From the NCBI GenBank assembly GCA_001600695.1, contig BCKQ01000001.1:2549521-2613520 (forward strand): a stretch of DNA of 64,000 nucleotides, written 5' to 3'. The notes under the pieces are model-generated. The model searched no databases, had not been told where the DNA came from, and saw nothing but the letters and a program-made list of their open reading frames with translations. Made by a program: the position numbers and the translations under genes. The stretch comes from Ascoidea asiatica JCM 7603. Taxonomy: Eukaryota; Fungi; Ascomycota. Below, in pieces: positions 49,688 through 59,984 of this stretch (positions are counted from its first letter, which is position 1; each line of letters opens with the position of its first letter).

Positions 49688-50044
49688 TTAATAGATAAAT
49701 TTTGAATATAGATAAACATAACTTTTAAATATTTTTCTCGAATCTACGTAATATACATTCTGTATATAGTAATTAAAATAATAATAAACTAAGATTCCAG
49801 CCTTACAAGGCCCGCTTTTTGATTATTTTATTCTCCACCTCACCACCACACCGTGTGATGCTAGGCAATACAAATAATCCTACTAATAACGATAGTAATA
49901 TGAAGAAACTCGGGATCTAAGGATCTAAAGAATATTTCATGAATCTTTAAAATCTATTATCTATATAAAACAATTTTCGTGAATTTTTTAAATTATTAAT
50001 CAATAAAACTATTTAAAAAGTAATGGGATAATGGGTTAAATTGA

Positions 50045-51037
50045 TTATAATAAACCCTTATCTTTAAAATCTTGTAATAAAGCATTACCTAAACCAGCTG
50101 GAGAAGGTTCAACAATAACACCAGCAGATCTTAAAGCAGCAATTTTAGAATTTGCATCACCTTTACCACCAGCAACAATTGCACCAGCATGACCCATTCT
50201 TCTACCAGGAGGAGCAGAAACACCAGCAATAAAAGAAACTACTGGTTTTGGAATATCTCTTGTTAAATTATATTGTTTTAAAAATTCACTTGCATCTTCT
50301 TCAGCAGTACCACCAATTTCACCAATTAAAATAATACCTTCGGTTTCAGGATCATTTATAAATAAAGTTAAAGCATCAATAAAATTAGTACCTGGGAATG
50401 GATCACCACCCATACCAATAACTAAAGTTTGACCTAAACCAACTTTTGTTGTTTGATCAACAGCTTCATAAGTTAAAGTACCAGATCTTGAAACAACACC
50501 AATTTTACCTCTTTTATGAATATGTGAAGGCATAATACCAATTTTACATTGTTCTGGAGCTATAACACCAGGACAATTTGGACCAATTAATCTTGTTTTT
50601 GATTGAGTTTTTAAAATTTGAGAAATTCTTAACATATCATGTTGTGGAATACCTTCAGTAATACAAACAGCTAAATCCAATTCAGCTTCTATAGCTTCTT
50701 CAATTGCACTTGCAGCAATTGAAGGGGGTACAAAAATACCAGTTGCAGTACAACCAGTAGCAGCTTTTGCATCTTTAACACTTGCAAAAACTGGTTTACC
50801 AAGATGAACTTGTCCAGCTTTTCTTGGATTTGTACCACCAACAATTTTGGTACCATAATCTAAAGCTTGTTGAGCATGAAATGAAGCTTGTTTACCAGTA
50901 AAACCTTGAAAAATAACTTTTGTATCCTTATTTATTTTTAAATTTGGAATAGTATCAGCATAAGATCTAACAATTTTACAACTTGAAAATTGTCTGGAAG
51001 ATATTTTTGAAACTTTAGAAATAGATTGTTTAAACAT
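50045..51037 (-). CDS. LSC1: Succinyl-CoA ligase alpha subunit, mitochondrial
   Basis: [33 protein letters not shown] (phospho-His). Confidence 0.98.
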   Translation of the reverse strand: MFKQSISKVSKISSRQFSSCKIVRSYADTIPNLKINKDTKVIFQGFTGKQASFHAQQALDYGTKIVGGTNPRKAGQVHLGKPVFASVKDAKAATGCTATGIFVPPSIAASAIEEAIEAELDLAVCITEGIPQHDMLRISQILKTQSKTRLIGPNCPGVIAPEQCKIGIMPSHIHKRGKIGVVSRSGTLTYEAVDQTTKVGLGQTLVIGMGGDPFPGTNFIDALTLFINDPETEGIILIGEIGGTAEEDASEFLKQYNLTRDIPKPVVSFIAGVSAPPGRRMGHAGAIVAGGKGDANSKIAALRSAGVIVEPSPAGLGNALLQDFKDKGLL

Positions 51038-51329
51038 CTTTAATCAAGGTATTATTATTATTGTTGTTATATTATATTATATTATATTAAAAAGAAAAAT
51101 ATATTTTGAAGGTGAATGAAAGGGGATAAAGAAAATGCAATTTTAATAGGAAAAGAATTGATTCTTAGAAATATAATGAAAATTGGTAGTTAATTGAGAT
51201 TATAAAAATTCAAAATAGTTTATATAAATAATTAATGGAAAAACAAGGAATTACTCTAGGGAAATTATCGTACTAATATACTATTATTATTATCATTATC
51301 ACTCACTGCCAGGAATAATGAATAATGAA

Positions 51330-52130
51330 TAATATCCCTAACGTTAGATTTCTACATGCGGTTAATGCTAACTCAAAAGAGTGCACCCACTGATTATGCT
51401 TTTAATGAGCTGCGGTCCAGAGTATAGTTACCCGGTATTGATTGGGCTTATCACGGGGATTTAACGCATAAATGGGAGATATGGTGCTGGGACTTTAGCT
51501 CTGGCATTGGCGACAGGTGCTAAAGTTCTAGAGTGCGGTGCTTCTTTTGGGCATCGCTTGGAATTATTCTCTTACAAACACGGGCGTTTGACTTGTTCAC
51601 CTCCACAACACACACCAGATCCCACCAAAAGACACACCTCTTTGGAAACTACTGTACAGTAACCCCTCAGTGGTGTCCCTCGTTGTATCAAGATTATTCT
51701 GACAAGTTCCTTTTCACAAGGTCCTTTTAGCACAAATTTTACTGCTATTGTCATACAAACAAAATTCCTTCTACTGATTTATTCACAGTATTATTTTATA
51801 AACCTTTTGCTTAAGAACTCTTTTTGTTTTACAGACTATTTAAAACCTTGCTTCTCTGCTTGACTTTCACAATTATCTTCAGTGCAATAATAAATAGAAG
51901 AGCATTCAAATGGGGTCTGGCTTTGTATGAAGTTTGGGAGGTGTGATTTCCGTATTGGAATATCTGACAACTTTCGGCTAAAAGATCTTTTGCAAACGCC
52001 AGAAGTGACCCCCAGTTCTGGTTTTTGGAGTTTTTACTCCCGCAGTGCTGGTCAGAAGAAAACGTTTTTGTTTTTCCGTGCACAGGAAACAGCCTTGGTT
52101 ATATTTTGAACATCCTTGGTCCGGATAAGA
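51330..52130. promoter_or_regulatory. GC-enriched LSC1 upstream region with TTACCCGG (Reb1-type, about 51428), TGATTGG (CCAAT/Hap, about 51439) and TGCACCC (Aft-type, about 51382)
   Basis: Motifs seen directly. Factor assignments are borrowed from S. cerevisiae. Confidence 0.45.
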
Positions 52131-52246
52131 TGATAATGATAAGTTATTTACAAAAATAAAATATATTTAATTACAGAATCAATAATATTTATAATTATGA
52201 TGATAATCATGTTTTTTGTTTTAACAGATTTATTCTTCATTTATTC

Positions 52247-53068
52247 TTACTCTTTGATTTCATTTTCAAGTTTATTTTCAGGTTTATTTTTAACTGGTTT
52301 CTTTTTTGCAACAGTTAAATTAAATCCATCATCTTCATCAGCAACTTCTTCATCATTCCAACTTCTTGAATTAGTATTTAAATTAGCTTCTGAAATTTGA
52401 GTTTCTTTAATTGCATCTACTCTCCATTTTTCTATAACTTCTTGTTCTTTATTAAAACCTTTTTCTATATTTGATAATCCAAATATTGCTCCGTTCATTT
52501 CACTTTCTTCCATTGAAACTTGATTACTTATTTCCATTTCCATTTTAACTCTATAATATTCAAATCTTGCTTGATCATAACTTTCTAAAATTGATTTTTT
52601 TGGTTTATTATTTTTAAATATATATAAAGCTCTTTGTACAACTGATTCTCCATCTAATTTTTTATTTAATTGAATAATACTTGACCAATCACAATTTAAA
52701 TTATCATTACCATTTAAATTTTCAATTAAAATCTTTGGTACTGCTAATTCCCATGGATGTTGTTTAAAAAATAAAATTCTTAAATCATCTTCTAAAAAAT
52801 TTAAAATTTTTGGTTTATATAAATTAATTTCTTTTAAATTTTTATTAAATCTTGTTCTATATATTGAATTTTTTGGAGTTGTTTTATTTAATCTTTCTTC
52901 TAATTTCAATGAAATTTTTTTTAAATTATTTGGTTCTCTACTTAAATCTTTTAATGGTGGATTTGCTCCAACAACAGATAACCAAACTGGCTGTTGACGT
53001 AATAATCCGGAATTTAAATGCTGTGAAGTTCTTTCCAATACATTTAATGCTTTATCTTGTAATTTCAT
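52247..53068 (-). CDS. RSM25: Mitochondrial small-subunit ribosomal protein mS23
   Basis: MKLQDKALNVLERTS, PVWLSVVGANPP, EDDLRILFFKQHPWELAVPK, LDGESVVQR, YDQARFEYYR. Confidence 0.93.
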   Translation of the reverse strand: MKLQDKALNVLERTSQHLNSGLLRQQPVWLSVVGANPPLKDLSREPNNLKKISLKLEERLNKTTPKNSIYRTRFNKNLKEINLYKPKILNFLEDDLRILFFKQHPWELAVPKILIENLNGNDNLNCDWSSIIQLNKKLDGESVVQRALYIFKNNKPKKSILESYDQARFEYYRVKMEMEISNQVSMEESEMNGAIFGLSNIEKGFNKEQEVIEKWRVDAIKETQISEANLNTNSRSWNDEEVADEDDGFNLTVAKKKPVKNKPENKLENEIKE

Positions 53069-53496
53069 TTTTAATAATTATTATCTATAATCTATTATAT
53101 TATCATATTTATCAAAACTCTAACTGTCATCATTATCAATTATTTTCATTTTTTTTCTTCAAGTTTCAATATTTCATTGATTTTGAAGAGGCCGGATCTG
53201 GTCGAGATTAAGAAAGAGAAAGTGGCTGATCACATGTCTTCCGGTTCTCTACCATAATCTCAGCCAATAATATCTTAAATAACCTCAATTATTAACCAAT
53301 TCAAAACTACCGGTAATTAACTATGTGCTTTTGAAAATATATCATTATCAATAGAGTTATCAATAGAACCATCAATATAATCATTATTATTAATATCAAT
53401 AGAATTATAATCACTTACAATTAGATTAAATAGGAACTAATTGGTTATAATATAATAATAATAACTATATATAATAAAAGAAGTTTCAATTAAAAG

Positions 53497-53750
53497 ATGG
53501 CATCTGATCCTTGGGCAAAAAGGTATGTAAATATTTAAGAAACTTATTGGGGTTTTATTGGTTTTATTAAATTTTAAATCTAACAATTTTTTATAGAGAA
53601 GCATGGAGATATCAAGGTGCTTTTACAAGAGTAAATAGATTTAAAGGTTCATTACCAGGTCTAGGTCTTGGAACTAGTGCTTTTGTTGCTTATTGTATTG
53701 CAGAAAAATATTTATTTAAACAAGATGATCATCATGATAGTCATCATTAA
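53497..53750 (+). CDS. NB2M: Complex I accessory subunit NDUFB3/B12 (NB2M), two exons: 53497-53522 and 53597-53750, 59 aa
   Basis: Spliced product MASDPWAKREAWRYQGAFTRVNRFKGSLPGLGLGTSAFVAYCIAEKYLFKQDDHHDSHH has the DPW-x-x-x-EAWRY signature, one TM helix and a His tail. The 74-nt intron is GTATGT…ATCTAAC…TAG. Confidence 0.93.
53523..53596 (+). other. Spliceosomal intron (74 nt)
   Basis: 5'SS GTATGT, branch ATCTAAC at 53578-53584, 3'SS TAG; removal restores a conserved reading frame. Confidence 0.92.
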
Positions 53751-54208
53751 TATCATTAATATCTAACAATCAAAGTATATTAATCAAACTATATTATCAA
53801 GTTAATTATTTGTAAATTTTATAGAAAACCAAAAAAAAAAGCATAAAATATAAAAAGTAATAAATATATTGTTGAAATATTTGTATTTAAATTGAATAAA
53901 TAAATATTATGGTTAATTAGATATATCTTTACGATATTCTTCATATGAAAATAATAACATAATTCAAACTTAATTTTGAATACAGATAATAAATACAAAT
54001 CGAATACAAAGCAAAAACAAATGAAAAATTGATTTTTTTTTTAATTTTTTTTTATGCAATTTATTAAGTTGTAGGATATATGATTAGATAATTGTAAGAA
54101 AATGTTATATATGAAAATAATGTACATTAAAAAGCCAGATGAATAAAGAGAAAAAAATGATAAAAGATAGAAGAAAAAAATTTATTACCCAATTAATAAA
54201 AAAAACAA

Positions 54209-54415
54209 TTAATAAGCATTTGAATTATATCTCCATTCAGAATATTTAGCAGGAACAATTGGCCAAAAAAGAGAAGTTGCCATAAATGCACCCCAACCAA
54301 CAACTTTTCCCATTACTTTTGGAAAATCTTTAACAAAAACTGAAGGTCCAAGTCTTTTTGGAGCAAATTTTGTAGCTTGAGAAGCAGCTTGTCTAACAAT
54401 TAAAGTTGGAATCAT
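54209..54415 (-). CDS. COX26: Small single-TM mitochondrial protein, Cox26-like
   Basis: RLGPSVFVKDFPKVMGKVVGWGAFMATSLFWP aligns by eye with S. cerevisiae Cox26 as I recall it (RIGESWVITE…IFQWSAVLSVCLGWP). Presequence-like N-terminus and strongly biased codons. Confidence 0.7.
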   Translation of the reverse strand: MIPTLIVRQAASQATKFAPKRLGPSVFVKDFPKVMGKVVGWGAFMATSLFWPIVPAKYSEWRYNSNAY

Positions 54416-55019
54416 TTTGTTTTTGTATTTGTCTTTTTTTAAAATAAATTAAAGATTTTGAAAGTAATATTGAATAAATAATTAGTCTAATTTAATTATA
54501 TTATTGATAATGTTATGAATATTAATATTGTATTAATGAATTATTGAATATAAGAATAATAAAAGAATAGAAGAATAAAAGAAATAAAGTGAATTATTCA
54601 ATAAGATTTTCAAACATATTTATATAATTTAATTCATTGTTTTTTATTCCTTTTGATTGACATTTTAATTTTAATTGATAAGATTAAAAATAATGAATCG
54701 TAAGAGCATTTTTGGATTCTATTAAAAATTGTTTAGAGTATTATTGGATAGAGAAGTAAAGTAACTATTACTATCTGTAAGTTTAGTATAATTTAGTATC
54801 ATTTAATATGATAAAATCATCACATACTAACACCACATTTTTAAAAATTATTAAATTTCACTGGATTCATGATTTATTTTTTCAAATTATTCATTGATTG
54901 ATAAAAAAGTCTTTTAAAGGTTTGATGAAATAGTTTAAAATTAAGGTAAAAAAGAATAATAATATTCACTTATAAAAAATCATCTTATTTAGTGATCTGT
55001 ATTCTTTTAAGTCTTCCTA

Positions 55020-55310
55020 AAAAACCGTATCAAAGCGTAGGGGCTTTAAGGGCATATAATAGTAACCGGAGCACGGTTCTACAATCCAATTTTTGTATTC
55101 CAACCTGTCCGGTCCGTTATATTTTTTAAATAAATCCGTCTAAATACACATTTACATGCTTCTAAATACAGCATACTTGCTTGACCCATTCCAGTGGTTC
55201 TAACCGAGTCTGTCACGCGGTCATTCCCATGGAATTACAGTTCATCAACGAAGTTTCTAGCACTTGCTTAGTGCTGATGCGGTGCTGGAGTAATCTGAGT
55301 GTGAGTTAAT
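55020..55310. promoter_or_regulatory. GC-enriched divergent COX26 / sHSP promoter with STRE (AGGGG 55039-55043) and a partial HSE (GAAGTTTC 55250-55257)
   Basis: Motifs seen directly; consistent with a stress-induced chaperone downstream. Confidence 0.4.
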
Positions 55311-55573
55311 AACATTATGTGTAAATGAGTGTAGAATGTAATTTTGATTCTTCGCAATCAAAAGAATATAAATTAACTTCATTTCCAATACATTTGCAAT
55401 TAATTTGCAATCTATTTGATATACAACTATTTATAATATATTATATTTATTTCAAATATTAAACAACAATCACTTATCTATTAATCAAGATATATATATA
55501 TATATAAACAGATATATATTATTTATAGAATACAAACTAGAAAATAGAATTCAATTAAAATAATTCAATTAAA

Positions 55574-56458
55574 ATGAATTTTAATCATTTTGGACAATTC
55601 AATAATTTTTTTGATGAGGATATGAATAATAATTTTAATGGACAATTTCAAAATATGAATAATCAATTTGCAAAAATGAATGCTGAATTTGATAATATGA
55701 ATAAGGTATTCCAAAATCAATTTTCAAATAAATTTTCAAATCAATTTCCAAGTCAATTTCCAAATGTTTTTTCAAATCAATTCCCAAATCAATTTCAAAA
55801 TCAAATTCAAAGTCAATTTTCAAATAATTTTTCAAATAGATCAATTGAAGATAATTGGGCCAATGATGCTAACCAATCTATCTCTTATAATAATAATAAT
55901 AATAATAACAACAACAACAATAATAATAATTTTTTCAATCAATTCAATAATTCAGATAATGATACAGAAATTACAAATAATTTAAATAATGTTGATGTTA
56001 AAGTAAGTATACCAAATGCACAAAAAGATAATATTGGACTTTATCTTGATGAAAATACAAATTCATTAGAAATTTCAGGTACTCAAACTCAAAGATCAAG
56101 AACACAATTTGGTATATCAACATCATCATCAACATTTCAAAAATCTTTTAATTTAAGAACTAATGAACCATTAAATTCAAATAATATTTCAATTGATTAC
56201 GATATTTATACTGGTATATTACATTTAATTATTCAAAAAAAGATAAATAATTTTATTCAAAATAATATTTCAAATAATAATAGTAATAATGATATTAATT
56301 ATATTGAAGATAATTCTGAAAATGCTAATAATTCAAAGAAAATTGAAGAAATAAATGATGATAATGATAATGATAATGAGAGTGATGATTCTGATATTAT
56401 AGAAATTTCTGATCCACATACTCAAAGATCTTCATCTTCTAAATTCAATAGACATTAA
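55574..56458 (+). CDS. Small heat-shock (alpha-crystallin/HSP20-like) protein with an N/Q/F-rich N-terminus and acidic C-terminus
   Basis: VDVKVSIPNAQKDNIGLYLD…SLEISG…FQKSFNL…ISIDYDIYTGILHLIIQK follows the ACD beta-strand pattern. IEI motif in the tail. Confidence 0.75.
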   Translation: MNFNHFGQFNNFFDEDMNNNFNGQFQNMNNQFAKMNAEFDNMNKVFQNQFSNKFSNQFPSQFPNVFSNQFPNQFQNQIQSQFSNNFSNRSIEDNWANDANQSISYNNNNNNNNNNNNNNFFNQFNNSDNDTEITNNLNNVDVKVSIPNAQKDNIGLYLDENTNSLEISGTQTQRSRTQFGISTSSSTFQKSFNLRTNEPLNSNNISIDYDIYTGILHLIIQKKINNFIQNNISNNNSNNDINYIEDNSENANNSKKIEEINDDNDNDNESDDSDIIEISDPHTQRSSSSKFNRH

Positions 56459-56839
56459 AAATCACACTAAAATTCTTCTTACTTTTAACTTTACTTCTAC
56501 TCTGTAAAATGTTTGCTATACAAATTTTATTCTAACCATTCTTTTTTTTCATGCTCTGCTTCAATTTGACCTCTTTTTCACATTTCAAAATTCCTGTTTA
56601 ACATTTCACAATTCATATTTTACATTTTACATTTTTCTCACATTTTACATTATAAGTAAGTGATGGATGTATTTTTTGTTTCGAATATTTACATATATAC
56701 TTTATTTACTTGAAGGTATATTATATAAGTTATTAATAGTATTATTATTTTAGTTATTGCAACTCTTTCTGTAATCTAAAAATCTTAGAAATTAAGAATT
56801 TGAATATTAGTAGAGAATAGAGACAATTTATTTTTTTTT

Positions 56840-57400
56840 GCCGAAACAGCACAAAAGGAAACCCGCCGGAGTGGTCTCCGGCTGAGCTTCTTTAGATAAC
56901 GTCTTAAAGATCGCTGGGATTGTGTCACGTTACACAAAGAAAGATAAAAAAAAAAAAATTAGCATGTTATCAGTGTCGACGTTGCCGATCACCCAACTTC
57001 GGCTGCTGAACAGGCAGACAGGTGCGTTACTAAGCGGCCGAAAATGCTAATTTAACATCCACAAGCGGCGCGTTGCTCCGGAGATAGGAGCTGTAAAGCA
57101 GAACACTGAGGTACCACGCTAATGGTCCTGATAGCAGTAGTGAGATCAGCTCTGTTTCTGTTTCTGTTTTTTCTGTTTCTGTGGTTACTTTTCGCCAACT
57201 CGACAAGCTCCAGAGCCGAGAGTCTTCGTGCTGCCGGAACGCGTTCCCATTGGCCACTCCCTGCAACCCAAGAATTTCTACTTCTCTTTGAAAGCTTTTT
57301 TTCAAACTTTATCACTGCCATACCAACACTTTTCCTGGTGAATCATAATTCCACCCACCACTCATCATTCATCATTGTATTGTTTTCCGGTTGATTTATT
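56840..57400. promoter_or_regulatory. GC-rich island upstream of MFS copy 2, with palindrome GCCGGAG-TGGT-CTCCGGC (56865-56882)
   Basis: CpG-rich block; inverted CGG repeat typical of Zn2Cys6 dimer sites. Confidence 0.5.
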
Positions 57401-57836
57401 CAATCAACAATAATTTTACTCATTTCTTTATTTTCTTTGATTTCTTTATCAACTGGTTTCTTATTTAATGTTCAGAAAATAATTTACTTCTTACTCATTA
57501 TTTCTTTAACACAATATATTCTTTCCTTTAAATTTTATTTTTAATATTCTTTTTTATATTTGTTTTTATTTTTATTTTTATTTTTGTTTTTATTTTTATT
57601 TTTATTTTCATTGTCATTTTTGAGGTTCAGTATCTTTAGACACATTTCTTTGCATTTTTTGAAATCTTTTAGATATTTCATATAATAATTATCTAAGATT
57701 TAAAATAAACCTCATATTAATAAAATTTGAGGTCATATACAGTATATTTATTTACTTTTCCTTTTTTAAAGTTTTTCATAATAATAAATAGACTCTGTTT
57801 TTTTTTTTTCTTTTATTTCTTCAATTTTAATTTAAA

Positions 57837-59600
57837 ATGGCTAAATTATCATTCAGAGAACAATTAAGAGGTTTTCCAGTTGGTCAAATATTTATAATAT
57901 GTATGGCAAGATTAGCTGAACCAATAACTTTTACATCTTTATTTCCATATGTTTATTTCATGGTTAGAGATTTTCATATTGCAAAAACTGAAGCTGATAT
58001 TTCAAGATTCACAGGTTATTTTCCATCTGCTTTTGCAATTGCTCAAGTTTTTGCTTCAATAAAATGGTCTCAATTTAGTCAAATTCATGGTCGTAAAATG
58101 ACTTTAATGTGTGGTTTATCTGGTACATATTGTGCTGTAATTTTATTTGGTTTATCTCCAAATTATTATATTGCACTTTTAGCAAGATTTTTAATGGGAT
58201 TTTTAAATGGTAATATGCCTGTAATTAGAACTGCAGTTGGTGAAATTGCAAAAGAAAGAAGACATCAAGCAATTGCTTTTAGTACTGTTCCATTAATTTG
58301 GCATACTGGTTCTGTAATTGGTCCATTAATTGGTGGTTCTTTAGTTCATCCAAAATTAAAAGATGATTTTTATGATAAAAATCCATCTTCAATAATTTCA
58401 AATTTAATAACAAAATTTTCTTTAATTGAAAATCATTCAAATTATTGGATTTTTAATAAATTTCCATATCTTTTACCAAATTTAGTTTGTTCAACAATTA
58501 TTCTTTTTAGTTTATCAAATATTTTTTTATTTTTTGAAGAAACTCATCCAGATTTAAAAAATAAATATGATATTGGTTTAAATTTAGGTGATAAAATTTT
58601 AAGATTAATTAATATAAGATCAATTAATGATAAAAGACCTTGGGAAATTTCAATTAATACTACTACTAATACTAATACTAATACTAATACTAATATAAAT
58701 CAAATTGAAACTCAAATTGAAACTGAAACTGAAACTGAAACTGATCCTTTAATTAAAAAAGACAAAAGTAAAAAGAAAAGTATAGAAACTTCAAATTCTA
58801 ATTTAACTTCTGGTTCTGATGATGAAGAAGTTTTAGATGATACTTCAATTCCATGGAAAGAACTTTTAAGTAAACCTGAAAATTATAGATTAATTTTATC
58901 TTATTTTTTTATTTCATTATGTGATTTAGTTTTTCTTGAATTTTTACCTGTTTTTTTATCACTTGATTATTCTGATCATACTAAATTTCCTTTAAAAATT
59001 GCTGGTGGTTTTAGTTTTACAGCAAATATGACTGGTAATTTATTATCAACAACTGGTTTTGTTGGAATTTTTATGATAATATTTATTTATCCATTTGTTG
59101 ATAGAAATTTTGCTCCTGCAAAAACTTTTAGATTTTTTCAAGGTATTTATCCAATTGTATTTTTTTTAATTCCATTTATAATATTTTTATTACCAGAAAA
59201 TTTATATAAAATTCCATTATTACCAAATAATGAAAGAGATTTAAAATTAGTTAATTTAGCTTTATATGGTATTGCATTTTTAAGAATGATTTGTAATGCA
59301 ATGTCATTTCCAACTATTGTTTTATTATTACATATTGCTGCTCCACCAAAATATATTTTAATTATAAATTCTTTAGCACTTTCAGGTTCTGCACTTGCAA
59401 GATTTTGTGCACCTTTAATTTGGGGTTCAATTATGTCATTTTCTGTTAAACATGAAATTGGTTGGTTAAGTTGGTGGTCAGTTACTTTTATTTCAACTTT
59501 TGCTTATATTCAAAGTTTTTCATTAGCTAAAGGTAAAGCTAATGAAGTTATGGGTGCAGAATCTGATTCTGATTCTGAAGATGAATCGAATAATGTTTAA
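57837..59600 (+). CDS. MFS transporter, YCR023C/ZIFL-like, copy 2
   Basis: Colinear paralog of 30977-32725 with the same motifs. Confidence 0.92.
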   Translation: MAKLSFREQLRGFPVGQIFIICMARLAEPITFTSLFPYVYFMVRDFHIAKTEADISRFTGYFPSAFAIAQVFASIKWSQFSQIHGRKMTLMCGLSGTYCAVILFGLSPNYYIALLARFLMGFLNGNMPVIRTAVGEIAKERRHQAIAFSTVPLIWHTGSVIGPLIGGSLVHPKLKDDFYDKNPSSIISNLITKFSLIENHSNYWIFNKFPYLLPNLVCSTIILFSLSNIFLFFEETHPDLKNKYDIGLNLGDKILRLINIRSINDKRPWEISINTTTNTNTNTNTNINQIETQIETETETETDPLIKKDKSKKKSIETSNSNLTSGSDDEEVLDDTSIPWKELLSKPENYRLILSYFFISLCDLVFLEFLPVFLSLDYSDHTKFPLKIAGGFSFTANMTGNLLSTTGFVGIFMIIFIYPFVDRNFAPAKTFRFFQGIYPIVFFLIPFIIFLLPENLYKIPLLPNNERDLKLVNLALYGIAFLRMICNAMSFPTIVLLLHIAAPPKYILIINSLALSGSALARFCAPLIWGSIMSFSVKHEIGWLSWWSVTFISTFAYIQSFSLAKGKANEVMGAESDSDSEDESNNV

Positions 59601-59984
59601 TCAATAATAACTGCTTTTTTTTTTTTATAACTCATCATCACTTTCAAAAACTTATATACACAATATTTGATATATAATATATAGATTATATACTTCAATC
59701 ACATCTTAGAACTATTAAAAACTTCACATTTCTTTATCATGGTAAAAATACTACTGTAATTCATTCAAGTAAGTAAGTAAGTAAGTAACCATACTAAACG
59801 CATCTACATATAAAAATTACCTTTTTCCGCTTTAAATATTTTTTTTTTTTATTTTTGAAATTTCAAAACAATACCAGTGATGCTTATGCTTAGTAACTTA
59901 AAAAAAATATATTTCAGTGTTTCAGTGTTTCTTAAGGTGAAGAAAAGAATCAATATTTAGTAATAGGATCTAAGAAATAGAAAA

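Noticed and set aside
51490-51600. Short matches (TGGCATTGGC, CGTTTGACTTGT) to my recollection of S. cerevisiae RNase P RNA
   Set aside because: The universally conserved CR-I and CR-V (P4) motifs are absent, and the matches fall in variable helices, so probably chance.
54821-54831. TACTAAC (+) overlapping GTATGT (-) upstream of COX26
   Set aside because: No matching partner splice signals on either strand.
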